A stretch of DNA of 64,000 bases, from assembly GCA_002633005.1 (NCBI GenBank), contig NMRA01000146.1:431981-495980 (forward strand). The letters are read 5' to 3'. Within the stretch, counting starts at the first letter, position 1. The number at the start of each line of letters is the position of its first letter. The notes beneath the pieces are model-generated. The model did not search any database. It saw only the letters and a list, made by a program, of their open reading frames with translations, and was not told the DNA's origin. The position numbers were made by a program, and so were the translations under genes. Positions 40,301 through 52,587 of the stretch are shown piece by piece. This stretch comes from Phoronis australis (Eukaryota > Animalia > Phoronida).

Positions 40301-42764
40301 TAACAAGGTAAAGTGGAAGCCATTTGAGTTAATATATGGGCATACTGTGCTAGGTCCTATGTCGATATTGCATGAACTGTGGACTAAATGTGAGTTGAAA
40401 AATAAAATGAAGGACACGAATGAGTATATTCTGGATCTTATAAATAGGTTAGAACACACCTGATTAGATGGTAATGAGATGTTGCTCTGTAGTCAACAAA
40501 AAAGAAAGAATATTTTGACAGGAAGGCTCTCGTAAGGAACTTGAAACTAGGTGACGAAGTATTGATACTGTTGCCATCAGACATAAGCAAATTACTAATG
40601 AGGTGGAATGGTACGTTCCTTGTAAAAGCTAAGACGGGCCAGTACAATTATGCCATTGAAGTTGGTGATAATGTTAAGGTATTCGACACTTTCATTCTCA
40701 AGTAATATCAACGCCGAGTAAAGCCGATTGTGGCGCCGGTCGCTTCAGTTACATTTGACAAAAAGGGGGTGTTTTGGATATGGAGACGCCCAATGTGTCC
40801 AATACACAACAGCAGGAAACTCATCGTCAGGTGAATATTAACCTAGAGTTGTCAGGGTCGCAGGAGGCTCAACTTAGGGGTCTAATTGGCGAGTTTTCGG
40901 AAACTTTTTCATCGAATCCTGGTACTACGAAATTGATAGAGCACAAAATTGTGTTAAATGACCAGACTCCTATTCGTTCCAACCCGCATCCGGTACCGTA
41001 CTCTATGTATGGCGAAATGAAGAAGGAAATAAATGACATGCTTGATAGTACTCGTTAAGAAAAAAGACGGTACGGTTAGATATTGCCAGGACATGCGTAT
41101 AGTTAGTAATAAGGTGACACATTTCGATTGCGAGAGTTTGCCAGACATTAAATACATTTATGCATGTTGTGCAGATGCAACGTATTTCTCAGAGTTGAAT
41201 TTCTGCAAAGGGTACGGAAAATACCCATGGGAGCTAGTTCCAAAGAGATAACAGCTTTTTCTACCCCGCTTGGGAATTATCAGTACAAAAAAATGCGGAT
41301 TGGTCTTGTTAATTCAGGTGCCACGTGTGATGTGTTTATTGTTGAAGGACGCTGTTGATGTGGACAATTTTGTAGATGATGTGTTGGTTCACACCAGTAG
41401 TTGGGATACCCAGTAGGTTAGGCTCGGGGACCTGTTTTCCAGGATCCGTCGGGCGAATCTCACAGTTAAACTAACCAAGTGTTATTTCGGGTACACAACG
41501 GTAGACTTTACTGGTCGCACATTGTCGAATGGGACTATACGAACACAAAGGGATAAGGTAGAAAGGTTGCTAAATGCAAAAGGTCCTGAAAACAAGAAAC
41601 AGTTGAAATCTTTCTTAGGTATGGCTGGTTATTATCGGAAGTTTATTAATGCATTCGCTTCCACTGATTGAACTCGTAAATCTAATCCAAATAGATTTGA
41701 GTGGACAGATATTCACCAGAGGGCGTTTGACAACACCGAAGCGGAGCTTTGTAGTGATCTCATATTGAAGGTACATGTACCTGACATGTCCAAGAAACTC
41801 ATTCTGAACACGGATGCTTCAGATACGGGTATTGGTGGGGTCCTCAAACAGGAATGGAAGGGAAGGCAGTTTCCCGTTGCGTATATTAGTAAAAAAACTT
41901 ACTCTGTGTCAGCAGAAATATGCCGTGGTTGTACGAGAATGTTTAGCGAACTGCTAGGCGATTGATCGTCTAAGAAATTATTTGTATGGGAGGGAGTCTG
42001 TGTTGCAAACCGGCAATGCTGCATAGGCGTTTCTTGGTAGCGCCAAATTCACGAAAAATCGTGTCATGCGGTCGGCCATGATGTTACAGCCCAACAGATT
42101 TCGTGTGGTGCACGCCAGGGGTGAGAGCAATTGTGACGCTGACTTTCTCAGTCGCCATACGTGATTGGGGTATTGTTTCCCACTCGTTCCAGGTTATGCA
42201 CACAGCGTTCTGTTTGAATTTGAATTTTACAGTCTTTATTGGCTTTGTCGGATTGCCAGGCATTGTTTTGCCCTGTATGTTCACATTTCAGTTGAGGCCT
42301 ATGTAAAGAATGAATAATTGTGAACATAGTCTGTTGCGTCAGTGTTCAGCAATTGTTGCCGGGACATTTATATGCAAATAAACTGCTGTGTTGGCCGGGT
42401 GCATTCAAATGTTCGACCTAAGTGCGGCGGTCGATAGCCAGCCGTGACACATTGTAGACGTATTAGAAGCTGTACACAGAAATTGGAACGTTTGTGTCTA
42501 CAGTAAACTTGGGACATTCAGCGGACAAAGATGATGGGGTCGGATGCTGACCACAAAAGAATTCGCACGAAATTTGTGAAATAAGATGAACTCTTGACAC
42601 AGTAATATTAGTTTGGGGTACCACTTGGAAAGTGGTCTACCCTGTGTCAAAACTTATTAATTGTGTTTAAATGTTCGTTTTTGAATGTTGGAGCTTCACT
42701 AAATATTATCTCTTTTAAACTTAATGTTTCTGTTAAATTGTCTCATTAAAGTCACGTTGTGATC
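34354..42764 (+). mobile_element. Decayed Ty3/gypsy LTR retrotransposon (Gmr1-type) with both LTRs
   Basis: LTRs 34354-34823 and 42302-42764 are clearly homologous but diverged. PBS-like tgggttcctctccggga. Gag 35960-36480, zinc knuckle CWLCGKLGQRSFQC, protease RDTGST, only the integrase C-terminus (PFELIYG), then RT (FVDD) and RNase H (TDASDTGIG). Flanked by C runs, a possible TSD. Confidence 0.9.
36536..39905 (-). mobile_element. BEL/Pao LTR retrotransposon, internally deleted, nested in the gypsy gag
   Basis: 5-bp TSD GGTAC (36531-36535 and 39906-39910). 3' LTR 36536-37301 is preceded by PPT GGGGGGAGTAA; truncated 5' LTR 39652-39905. Pao RNase H FSDAS...KARVAP..TIP.LEL, LRVGGRL, integrase EAIVNSRPL. 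Confidence 0.92.
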
Positions 42765-45102
42765 CCCTCAAACACCTGCGCGCACACAAAACTGTACAAT
42801 CCCGATCCGATCCTGTACAGCCGCATGATAGTTATCGGGGTTAGTTAATAAACTTAATATTTCCTCACACTCTTAGTGTTTTATTTTTAAAGCAGCCAAG
42901 CCCCCCACCCAATCCGCCTATGGCTTAATGATGTTAGTCTTTCATCTTAAGTTGCCCCAAGTCCGAATGGTCCCTCTCTCGGTGGGCAACTCGAGGGAAA
43001 TATCCCATTGTCGCTCTACACAAGTAAATACGATACTGCCAAGTATTCGCGAATGGAAGTTTAGACTCCAATTTCGTGTAAAAGCACAAATCATTCGTGC
43101 ACAGCTCAGCAGTATCAAAAGATTGAATTTTGAACTACGTGAATACCTCTATTTGTCAACAGGACAAATCGGCTAGTTAGATATACATTGTAAAATAAAT
43201 GATGTTACTTTCTTCTCATATTACCACAAGAATAGTATTTATTTTGAAGATCGTTACATGGAGTTGTTTGTAAGGAATCCCCGGGGCACATGTCGAAAAG
43301 ACTGTCTAACCACAATTTGTGATGACCATGTACATATCAAACGGAGGTACTCAAACTACTCTCGCAATCATAAACGACGATTTCACCGATTTTTTTAGTT
43401 CAAATTTACCTCGTAAACCGTTATATACCTGTGAAATGAGCAAAAATGCATCTTAATACGAATCTCACATGTTCCCCCGGTTACCCGTGAAAAGTAAGCG
43501 AGTATGTGTGCGGAAATTGCTTCTGACTTTCTGTTTTGATAAACAAACTCGTTGGTTTCTGATTTACATGATTTTGTATCTACAAAAGTCGATAGATTCG
43601 TAGAAATTTTTCACAGTTAGAAGCTACTGTTGCAAAAGTTGATAGTGTTTCAGTGATTTCAGTTGCAGCATGAAGTTGGAAAAACTCTATAATTCGATCC
43701 CCAAATAGTAAAGTATACGTAGACGATTTTTACCTGTCTAAAATAGCTCTCAAAGATATTGGTGAAATTTGGACAGTTCCCATTTACTCACAATTCAAAT
43801 GGCAATAAATGTATTGATTTTTGACTTAGGTACATGATTTGTCGTATAAATTCACAAACAGGAGATCAAAACAGGACTGTGTCATTAAATCAAGGTAAAT
43901 GCATTGGTCATGGAATCGATTGTTGAATTTTGATTTATATGTAACTACGATGATCGATTGATTGGCAGAACATTTTTGACCATTAGACGCTAATCTTTTA
44001 AGAAATGACGATGCGTTAGTGAGCTTAGTTGCAGGCTGACATTGGGAAAATTCGATCTATAACCAGATCCCTAAATAGCAAAGTACACCGAACTATTTTT
44101 GTGTAGTAGATTAAATAAGTCTCAAGGTTATGGGTGAATGTTGGACAGCTCTAGAAAGTGTCTCAAGATGTTCTCACAGTTAAGATGACAATAATTTTTT
44201 ATTGACTTAGAAACTAGATTAGTGGTTGAAATTCGCAAACTTTAGATTGAAAAAGAAGTTTAAGTCATAAATAAACAAAGTCAAAATAACTAGTTTCTCA
44301 TTAACTTGGAAAGGTTGCTGTCTTTGAACTCCCTCGATGTTTCAGGTTGCAACAGTATTGCGCAATGATTTTATGTTCTTCAAAACTGAATCGTTTGCTT
44401 GCCATTAGCGTGCATGCTGCAAAGATGAAGCACTTCATGGCTGACGATACCACGTTAAAAATAAAATGTTACCATGCAGTAGGACCGCGCAAAATCTCAG
44501 TCATCCACGGGAACTGTATTTTAACTCCAGGTATTAAGTGTGTACATTTTGGGACACACTCTGTATCATTTTCCCCAGCCAACAGAAACTGGAATACCGG
44601 GCTTGTTTCAACAAGGGGTTTTAAAACAGTTCCTAAGACACTATAGCAGGTACCTCAGAACCTCACATTTTCAAAAAATCCTTCAAAGAATGACCATATT
44701 AAAATGAAGTTTTCCCGAGACTGGATCAAAATAAACAGAATATTGACCTTAGAGCCAGCGCAGACGGATAGGTAAGAGCTAAGCTGCCTGTTTCAAGTGA
44801 ATCATAGCTAAGCTGACCAGCGACTAGCTTTAGTTCTTCAAATTTCACATTTTCACTGTTAGTAGAGTTCAGCTGCACTTACTTGAGGCTGCTCGAAGCT
44901 ACTGTCAGTGCGCTGGCAATGGGCCCATTCTTACTCTCCGTGACACTGTTGGTTCATGGTTACTCATATCCTGAAGGCTGCATCAACTCTCTATCTTGAT
45001 GACAACCTGTCCAAATATACTATCAAAGTTTCCACTTCCGAAAGGTGTTTTTCTGCAACACTTGTCTCAGTTGGGTCAGTAGTTTGAAACTAGTATACTC
45101 AC

Positions 45103-45438
45103 TTATTAGTTGAATTGTAACTGAAGACTTAGCGGACAGGTATTCTGTTTGCTTGTTGGAAGCCGTGCAGGTGATCTTGACATCGTGGTAGTCGTTTGTA
45201 ATGTTTTGCGTCACCTCAGCTGTAAAGATTCCTCTGCCCCTTTCTTTCACTGCCGAGTGTGGTAAGAGAAACCTTTGACCGGAGATAGGATTGTATTTGG
45301 AAAAAGTCATATTCACACCTTCCTTACAGTAGTCAGTAGTACATATTACATCAACAGACTCGCCGACCTTTACGAAGATAGACTGGCCAGGTCCCCAACG
45401 ACCTCCTGTCTGGTTGACGGTAGTCATGGTGGGTCCCA
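45103..45438 (-). CDS. Ig exon C3' (near-identical copy of C3; probably the other haplotype of the same exon)
   Basis: Same splice sites and length as 45541-45876, with 4 substitutions in 336 nt. The two copies abut at a single N (45533). Confidence 0.6.
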
Positions 45439-45540
45439 CTGTAAGTTTTGTTATAATAAGATCAAGCTGTTTTTTTTCAGAAAATAATGCCACGCGTGTA
45501 ACGTAGGGCATGAGAAGTAGTTTCACCAAGGTNTACTCAC

Positions 45541-45876
45541 TTATTAGTTGAATTGTAACTGAAGACTTAGCGGACAGGTATTCTGTTTGCTTGTTGGAAG
45601 CCGCGCAGGTGATCTTGACATCGTGGTAGTCGTTTGTAATGTTTTGCGTCACCTCAGCTGTAAAGATTCCTCTGCCCCTTTCTTTCACTGCCGAGTGTGG
45701 TAAGAGAAACCTTTGACCGGAGATAGGATTGTACTTGGAAAAAGTCATATTCACACCTTCCTTACAGTAGTCAGTAGTACATATTATATCAACAGACTCG
45801 CCGACCTTTACGAAGATAGACTTGCCAGGTCCCCAACGACCTCCTGTCTGGTTGACGGTAGTCATGGTGGGTCCCA
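45541..45876 (-). CDS. Ig exon C3 (type C), 112 codons
   Basis: Acceptor cttacag|TGGGA, donor ATAA|GTGAGT, 336 nt. GPT..NQTGGRWGP...CTTDYCKEGV...ITCAASN. Confidence 0.85.
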
Positions 45877-47599
45877 CTGTAAGTTTCGTTATAATAAGAT
45901 CAAGCTGTTTTTTTCAGAAAATAATGCCACGCGTGTAACGTAGGGCATGATAAGTAGTTTCACCAAGGTCAGGGATCAGTCTATAACTTCTCATTTACCA
46001 AAAGAGGATCAAACGCCACTCAAACCCAGAAAATGCTACACTGTCTATTTATCTGAGAGTCAGGATATCGCGAAGCGATGAAAGCCTTAAAATGAACTCA
46101 AAGATATGATGAAATGTTATTTTTATTTCGTCTTCCAGAATATTTCATCAAAGCACAAAGTCCCATGACACTCCGCCTATAATCCCTCATGCCTAAATCC
46201 CAAAAATACGCAGCACTGTTTTGCATACGACGTTACGTGTTACATTGACTGTCTTCAGTGTGGCAGTGTTATTGCTAGTTAAATTGATAGTGTTAGATTG
46301 AGTTCTCGTACATATACATATCGGTTTGCTTAAAAACAAAAATCAAGCTTCACATACATGTACATGTACATGTGTGCTCTGCTTTAAAATTACCTAATCA
46401 TTTGGATTTGTTTGAAGGAGAAAGCAACTGAGTTTGGTGTCACTTTAATTTGAAAAAAAATCTGGCCAATGAGAAATTATTTTGCTCAACACCATGTTGG
46501 AGTGTTGGTCCTCTGAAATAGGGCCGTCCCGTATTACACAGTAACACAAGTATGCCACTGTATTTACCTCAAGTGCTGTAAACAATTGCTGCTTCGGTTT
46601 TGTACCGTTGGAGTTTCACTTGTAAAAATTGTTGTCAACGTCTGATTCTTTACGTCTGATTCTTTACAAGTTTTCTCGGTCGATTGCAATCCTATTTTCG
46701 TCCCTTCAACGCTAATAAAGTATTACTGCTGTGCTATAAGCAGGAACTCTGACGTGAGGAAGTTTGATGAGCTGGACAAATCCCCTTGGATACGTGATGT
46801 GAAATTCTTCGCCTTCCCGACGAAAATAAGAGACGCGAAAATGTACCTGATTTCCAAAACGAGGTTTCTTATCTCCGGGACAGAGGACAGTCCTCGTAAT
46901 CGCCGTGTAAACCGTGACGACCCTATTACATTTCCGTGCATGTATACAACAATTGAAAAGACTCCTTACAAAAGTTAGGAGTTTTGTATTCGCAAGAATG
47001 TCGCGAGAAAATCAAGGGTTATCACGTGCTTTGCAGGTAATACTTAATATGATCTTGCGTTTCCAAAAAATCCTCACAGCTTTAGAGTACCTTGAAAGAG
47101 AAAGTGTGTCTGACTCGCACCAGTCGTGAAGGAGTAAAAATTTTGGATTGTCGTCCAAAAGAAAGTAATATTAATAGCCAGTTCCTGAGTTTAAGTCACC
47201 CATCATGAGTGAAAAGCATTGTTGATGTTGATCCCCTAATTTAGACAGTTTCGTATATAGAAGTGTAGCACTGTTTCCTTCTGACGTTGTGTCATAAGAC
47301 ACAAACCCTTCAGGTAGTAAATAGGCTAAACACATGATACTGTTTTCTCGACGTGTAACAATTTTGTCGCAAGTGGTGTTGCAATATTACAACGTGGGGC
47401 CTTCCAGGGATATTGTTATGTGAGCCGGAGGCCTGTTACATGAAATAAACCTACCCTTCATAACAGTGAAGCCAGAAACTTGTAATAAGAAAGCCAGAAA
47501 GTATGGCAGGTACTCGGCGGTGTCAATTTCTTTATAAAGCATTCAATGTCAGCTTACTTCAAGTATATAAATATTCATTTCTCATTTGGTATTGATTTT

Positions 47600-48075
47600 T
47601 AAATAACACAAAGAGAGTACAATAATTGTTCAAGTCTAAATTAGTTCATATCAAGGAACTCATTTCGGCGTTTCTCCGCATTAATTAAATATCTAGAAAC
47701 TTTTCTCAGAACATTTAAGTCATAAGTCTGTAGAAAATTTCTGGATACTGTATCTTCCACCTTATCGTACCTTGATAAAAACCGCACTCGTGAATCCGAA
47801 TATAAATTGCATTCGAGAAGAAATTGGAATTCCGTTTCCACTTTCCCACTGTCACAGTAGGGACATAATCAGTCTTCTCTGTCAAATCCACTGAACCTTC
47901 CCTAGATAATCGTTAATGAATGTGTGGAGCATCTAAACCTTGCAAGGGCCATTCTATGAAGTCTATTTTCTAAACATGTTACGTATTTTTCTACTACAAA
48001 GTTACATTTATTTGTTTTGTAAACATCTAAATAGTGAGAAAAAAATATTGTTTCTCCAATCCTGGATGTCAATAT
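47600..48075 (-). mobile_element. 3' remnant of a non-LTR retrotransposon (L2/Crack/CR1-group-like C-terminus)
   Basis: ALARFRCSTHSL...GRF...LCPYCDSGKVETEFQFLLECNLY, a C-terminal Cys motif, with stops. Confidence 0.65.
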
Positions 48076-49039
48076 CAAAGTATTCTATTAATATCAATGC
48101 CAAGTACTCACTGAATTGACCTTGCACTGTGCTAAAATACTGGTTGGAATTGCTTTGCAATCGTCTTTTAATTTGCACGCCAGATCTGTTAAAGGTAGGA
48201 TTATGTGTCACAATAGAGAACGTATTTTTCTCAATTTTATGCATAAATTGTGCTTTCGATTTATGTTTTGTGATTAGTTAGTAAAACTTTCTACTTCAGG
48301 CTGCAACTAAACAAGAAAAAGCTTACTTGATTTACAAAAATATGCAACATTAGAATTATGAGATGTGAAGCTTACTCAAACCATCTGCCATATATCTTCA
48401 TGTATTTTTATAGTCATGTTTCTTAAATTCTAGTTTGAGGAGCTGAAATGGCTTAATTAATGGTACTCAGTCGTCATGGTAACAATTATGCATGTCCACT
48501 TTCAGACTGAACAAGATTTTGGATAAGCCTGATTAATGTGGCTTAAGGTAAGCCAAGTGTCGTTGTGCAATTCTTGGCATGACTGATTTTTCTCAGAAAA
48601 GCCACAGTATTTGGGTGGTAATGGGTGACAAAGTATAAGCATATCCACACTTTGCTGTAATATTTCATGAAAGCAAACTGGGGGAATGTTTTGAATACAA
48701 ATATTGAAAGCTCGCAGGAATAACCATGAGATTGAGAATTAAACACATATTTTTCTGCATTTTTGCCCAAAACCAGTTTTGTTATACGACAAAAGTTTTA
48801 TACCAAATATATCGACGGCCTCCACCTGAGGCAGAGTATTATGATATTGCCCAGGTCATAACTAATTAAATTTAACCCTCTACCCTAGGTAACCATCAAG
48901 TCCGCCCTAATCGTCTCTTATTCGCACAGATCTCACCCTACTTCTCGCGCCCAGGAACAGCTGCCCCGCTTCCCGAAAAACCTCCGAGACAATTGTCAAA
49001 TGTCGGAGTTCTCGAACAAACTCCGCACTGACTGACACT

Positions 49040-49186
49040 CCAACCTCCGTTCAGTAACGCTAGGACCTCGCTTAAAAGCAAGACTTCGCGAGATTACGTG
49101 AGACTTTGCCGTGCATTTTAAACGAGAACACGTGACTTTGACTAGGTTTTAGCTAGGTCCTAGCGTCTACTGAACGCACGCCGGGT
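49040..49186. mobile_element. Short MITE; partial second copy at 15973-16070
   Basis: Inverted ends CGTTCAGTA.ACGCTAGGACCT / AGGTCCTAGCGTCTACTGAACG; shared core AGATTACGTGAGA...GCCGTG. Confidence 0.55.
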
Positions 49187-49194
49187 GTATCAAG

Positions 49195-49565
49195 AGTTGT
49201 AGGGAGTAGGCACCCTACAGCGATATGTGAACGAGGCTTCCTACGTTCAGATCTAAAGTTTGACTCCTACAACGATGTTTAAAGTATACTCCCTTACAGC
49301 GATATCTGAAATGTCCTACAGGTATGTATAGTGATCACTGAAATGAGCACCGTCTAGTGAACTCTGAAATGTGCTCTCACTGTGATATCTGACGTATGCT
49401 CCCTGCACTGACGCCTGAAGTACATGTATCCTGAGTACAGTGGTATTCGATTGAGGCTCCCAACAGTGGTACCTGAAGTATGCTCCCTACGTTGATATCT
49501 AAAGTATACTTCCTACAGTGATATCTGGAGTATGCGCCCTACAGTGATATCTGAAGCATGATTCA
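49195..49565. repeat. 26-bp minisatellite downstream of exon E3
   Basis: Same unit, about 14 degenerate copies. Confidence 0.85.
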
Positions 49566-49677
49566 AGCAGTGAGTGGTTTGTACATGTATGTCCTTTGCT
49601 TTTCTCGTTGGACCAGTACCAACAGTACAGAAAACTGCCTGTGGTCCAGAAAAATAGTATCACGAAACACTGCTCAC

Positions 49678-50010
49678 CGAATACGGTTGCAGTAAGATAT
49701 CTAGCAACTGCCTGTTGAGTAAAATTATTTACAGCTGTGCAGTTTAGCTTTATTCCATCCATGCTCCGGTCAACTGATAAGACAGCAGAGAAGGCTGTAG
49801 AACTGTTGTCGGTAGACACTTCTCTTTTTGCTGTGTAGGAAGCAGTCAAGTTCGACGACCATGTCACCGAAGCAGAAGGATAAACATGGTCAGTAATGCA
49901 ACTGATGTTACTGTTCTCAGCAATCGATACTGTGTCCGCACTATCGTGAATGTATATGTACGTGAGAAGTCGGGGACTTAAAATCACAAACCTCAGTTTT
50001 GTAGGTCCTG
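49678..50010 (-). CDS. Ig exon E3 (type E), 111 codons
   Basis: Acceptor cttacag|CAGGA, donor TTCG|GTGAGC, 333 nt. GPTKL...ISCITDHVYPSASVTW...LNCTAVN, a C2/I-set-like pattern; paralog of 33624-33944 and 18361-18690. Confidence 0.88.
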
Positions 50011-51056
50011 CTGTAAGTAAGAAAAAATACTGCATGCGTCACACTTAAGCAGCTCGAGGATGTAATTTATAATGAGATAAAATCAGAATTATATATACCT
50101 TACTGTGAAAGTGAAACAAGACCTGTTTAACAGGCTAAAAGTTAGGATAACTCAGATACGGTTTTTACTCTCATGAAATGGGTATCATAGTATTTCTTAT
50201 TGTGATAGGATTCTGTTGCCACCTAGAACATCAGTGGCGTTAGCAAACACGAGTTAACGTTTCGGATGTCATTGGCAGGGGGTGGCCATTCCTGTATCAG
50301 GCATTACCTAAGACTGAACGGTTAGAAATATTGGGATGCCTATTCGATTTTCATCAAATACTAAATTCGATTACAATCTTATAGCCAATTAATCAGGGGG
50401 GAATGGCAGCTTCTCATGGAAACGGACACTTTTTTACAAAAAAAACTTTTCTCATCACAATGGAAAGATGTCTCACGCATTGTGCATAACACACGTAGGT
50501 AGACAAGTCGTCAACCGTGTTTTGTCGACGCAGGCATGGAGTGTAGTCCATAAGGAGGTCTGGCTCCCACCATCTTGTCCTTCGCCGCAATGGTTATCAG
50601 TCGAAAGACTAGCCCCGCAAGCGGGCAATAAACAGAACTATACGTGTACGTGTGATTGAAAGTGATAAACTACGCAGTATATATACCGATACAGTCACTT
50701 ATTGTTAATGCAGGCAGTGCATATATATATATAGTTTCCCAATTTTCCTAGAGATGGCGTTCTCAATCTCCTAGTGCCTCAGTTATATTTTTAAGGCGTT
50801 GTCTCGGGGTTAAGTCATGATTTAAGCAACCCCCTTTCGATGGTATTGTTCCCATTGGTTGTGTAAGTTGAGACACTGTCTGGGTCAATCAGCTTTCTAG
50901 ATTTTCGCGGAGTATTTAAACGTCCGAACACGCACCAGTTGCCTTATTTCTCTCCTGGATTGTCATATGTATCGTGTGTTGATTACCAGACTGTTTTTGA
51001 GGCAAACGGTGTACATGTAAGTATACATTTGGTTATTGTTCAACGTTAGATACCGA

Positions 51057-52587
51057 TTTTTATGCGCCCACATATTTATATGTGGACGCATTATGCCGTC
51101 ATCTCTGTCCGTCCGTCCGTCTGGGCGGCGTCCGGCGTCCGCTGCTCTATCTCCAAAACCCTTTGACATACGTTCATGAAATTTGGCACATATGTTCCAT
51201 TCATGAATGGGACGGCATGTGCGAACTTTCGGACGGATCCGACTACCTGTGTGCCCCCTAGAGGCAATTTTAGTTTTTTACGCTTACCTTTGTATCTTCA
51301 AAAGTCCTTGACGGATTTTCATGAAATTTAGTATGTAGGCACCTATTAGTGAGATGACGCTATCCTGCCGTTTTCAGATGGATTCGACATAGTTTGCGCC
51401 ACCTAGTGGCCATTTTTACTGTTTTCGAGTCTGTTTTTGTGCGTCCACCCCTCTATCAACCAAACCGCTCAAAGGATGATTGTGAAAATTGGCATGTATA
51501 TGCTTACTATGTAGAGGACGGTTGACGATGATTTTCCGACGATTTCGACTACTGTGGCACCTCCCAGTGGCAGTTTTGTTTTTTTGCGCCTATGGCTGTA
51601 TCTCCTAAACCGTTCGCAGGATCTTTACAAATTGTGTAAGTATATTTATATGATGTTAACAACGGAAGATGACGACTTTTGGTCGGATCCGACTACCGGT
51701 GTGCCCCCTAGTGGCAATTTTAGTTTTTTACGCTTACCTTTGTATCTTCAAAAGTATTGAACGGATTTTCATGAAATTTGGTATGTAGGCACCTATTAGT
51801 GAGATGACGCTATCCTACTGTTTTCAGATGGATTCGACGTAGTTTGCGCCACCTAGTGGCCATTTTTACTGTTTTCGAGTCTGTATTTTTGCGTCCACCC
51901 CTCTATCAACCAAACCGCTCAAAGGATGATTGTGAAAATTGGCGTGTATGTGCTTACTATAAGGAAGACAGCTGACAATGATTTTCAGACGATTTGGACT
52001 ACTGTGGCGCCTCCTAGTGGCAGTTTTGTTTTTTTGCGCCCATGGCTGTATCTCCCAAACCGTTTGCAGGATCTTTACTAAATTTAGCAAGTGTATTTAT
52101 GTGATGTTGACAACGGACGATGACGACTTTAGGATGATTCTGACTACCGGTATGCCTCTAGTGGCAATTTTAGTATTTGCCTCTAGTGGCAATTTTAGTA
52201 TTTTACATTGACCTCTGTATTTTCATAGGTCTTCAGGTGTATACTTTGTGTTACTTCGTGACTATGAAGAAAAAATTCCAAGTAGAAATTTGTTTCTGGC
52301 ATTCTAATGCTGTGCTAATCTCGTATGTTGGTAAATTTGTTTTTAATTCTATGTTTCTGTGGTGCTTTAAGCAACTGGCGTATAGGATGTGCTTGTATTA
52401 TGAAGATTACTCACATTTTGCCCCTAGCCTATTGAGGAGACAATGTTCACGCCTTTCCATTTTGCTAAGTACAACATACAGATATGCCCTCTACTGGCCA
52501 CTCTATGGTACCAATAAACAACCCTAGAAGGATACCGTTTGCGGTGCAATTGTGGGCGCATTTCAACGCTCTGCGTTGCTCTTGTTT
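51057..52587 (+). mobile_element. Helentron-type HINE carrying a ~150-bp satellite arranged as a ~450-bp higher-order repeat
   Basis: 5' sub-TIR ATGCGCCCACA with a local inverted copy, (GTCC)n microsatellite, tandem array 51235-52200, 3' sub-TIR TGTGGGCGCAT, hairpin CAACGC-TCT-GCGTTG, T-rich ends. Confidence 0.8.

Larger units (their letters stand above)
34242..42922 (+). mobile_element. MITE (CAGTGGCGTA...TCCGCCTATG) split by the gypsy insertion
   Basis: Left part 34242-34353 and right part 42765-42922; identical 5-bp flanks GCTTA. Confidence 0.65.

Noticed and set aside
44347-44646. Plus-strand ORF with cag|TAGGACCG reading VGPRKISV, resembling the start of exon B
   Set aside because: Wrong strand, no second Ig cysteine motif or matching donor; probably chance.
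46560-47520. Possible THAP/Harbinger-like transposase remnant (FFAFPTK..., GDIVM-like)
   Set aside because: Too degraded; no reliable TIRs or continuous frame.
1650-50010. Dscam-style mutually exclusive exon clusters
   Set aside because: Paralogous exons alternate (E-D-C) instead of clustering by type, each is a whole domain, and I found no docking or selector sequences; serial inclusion is the simpler model.
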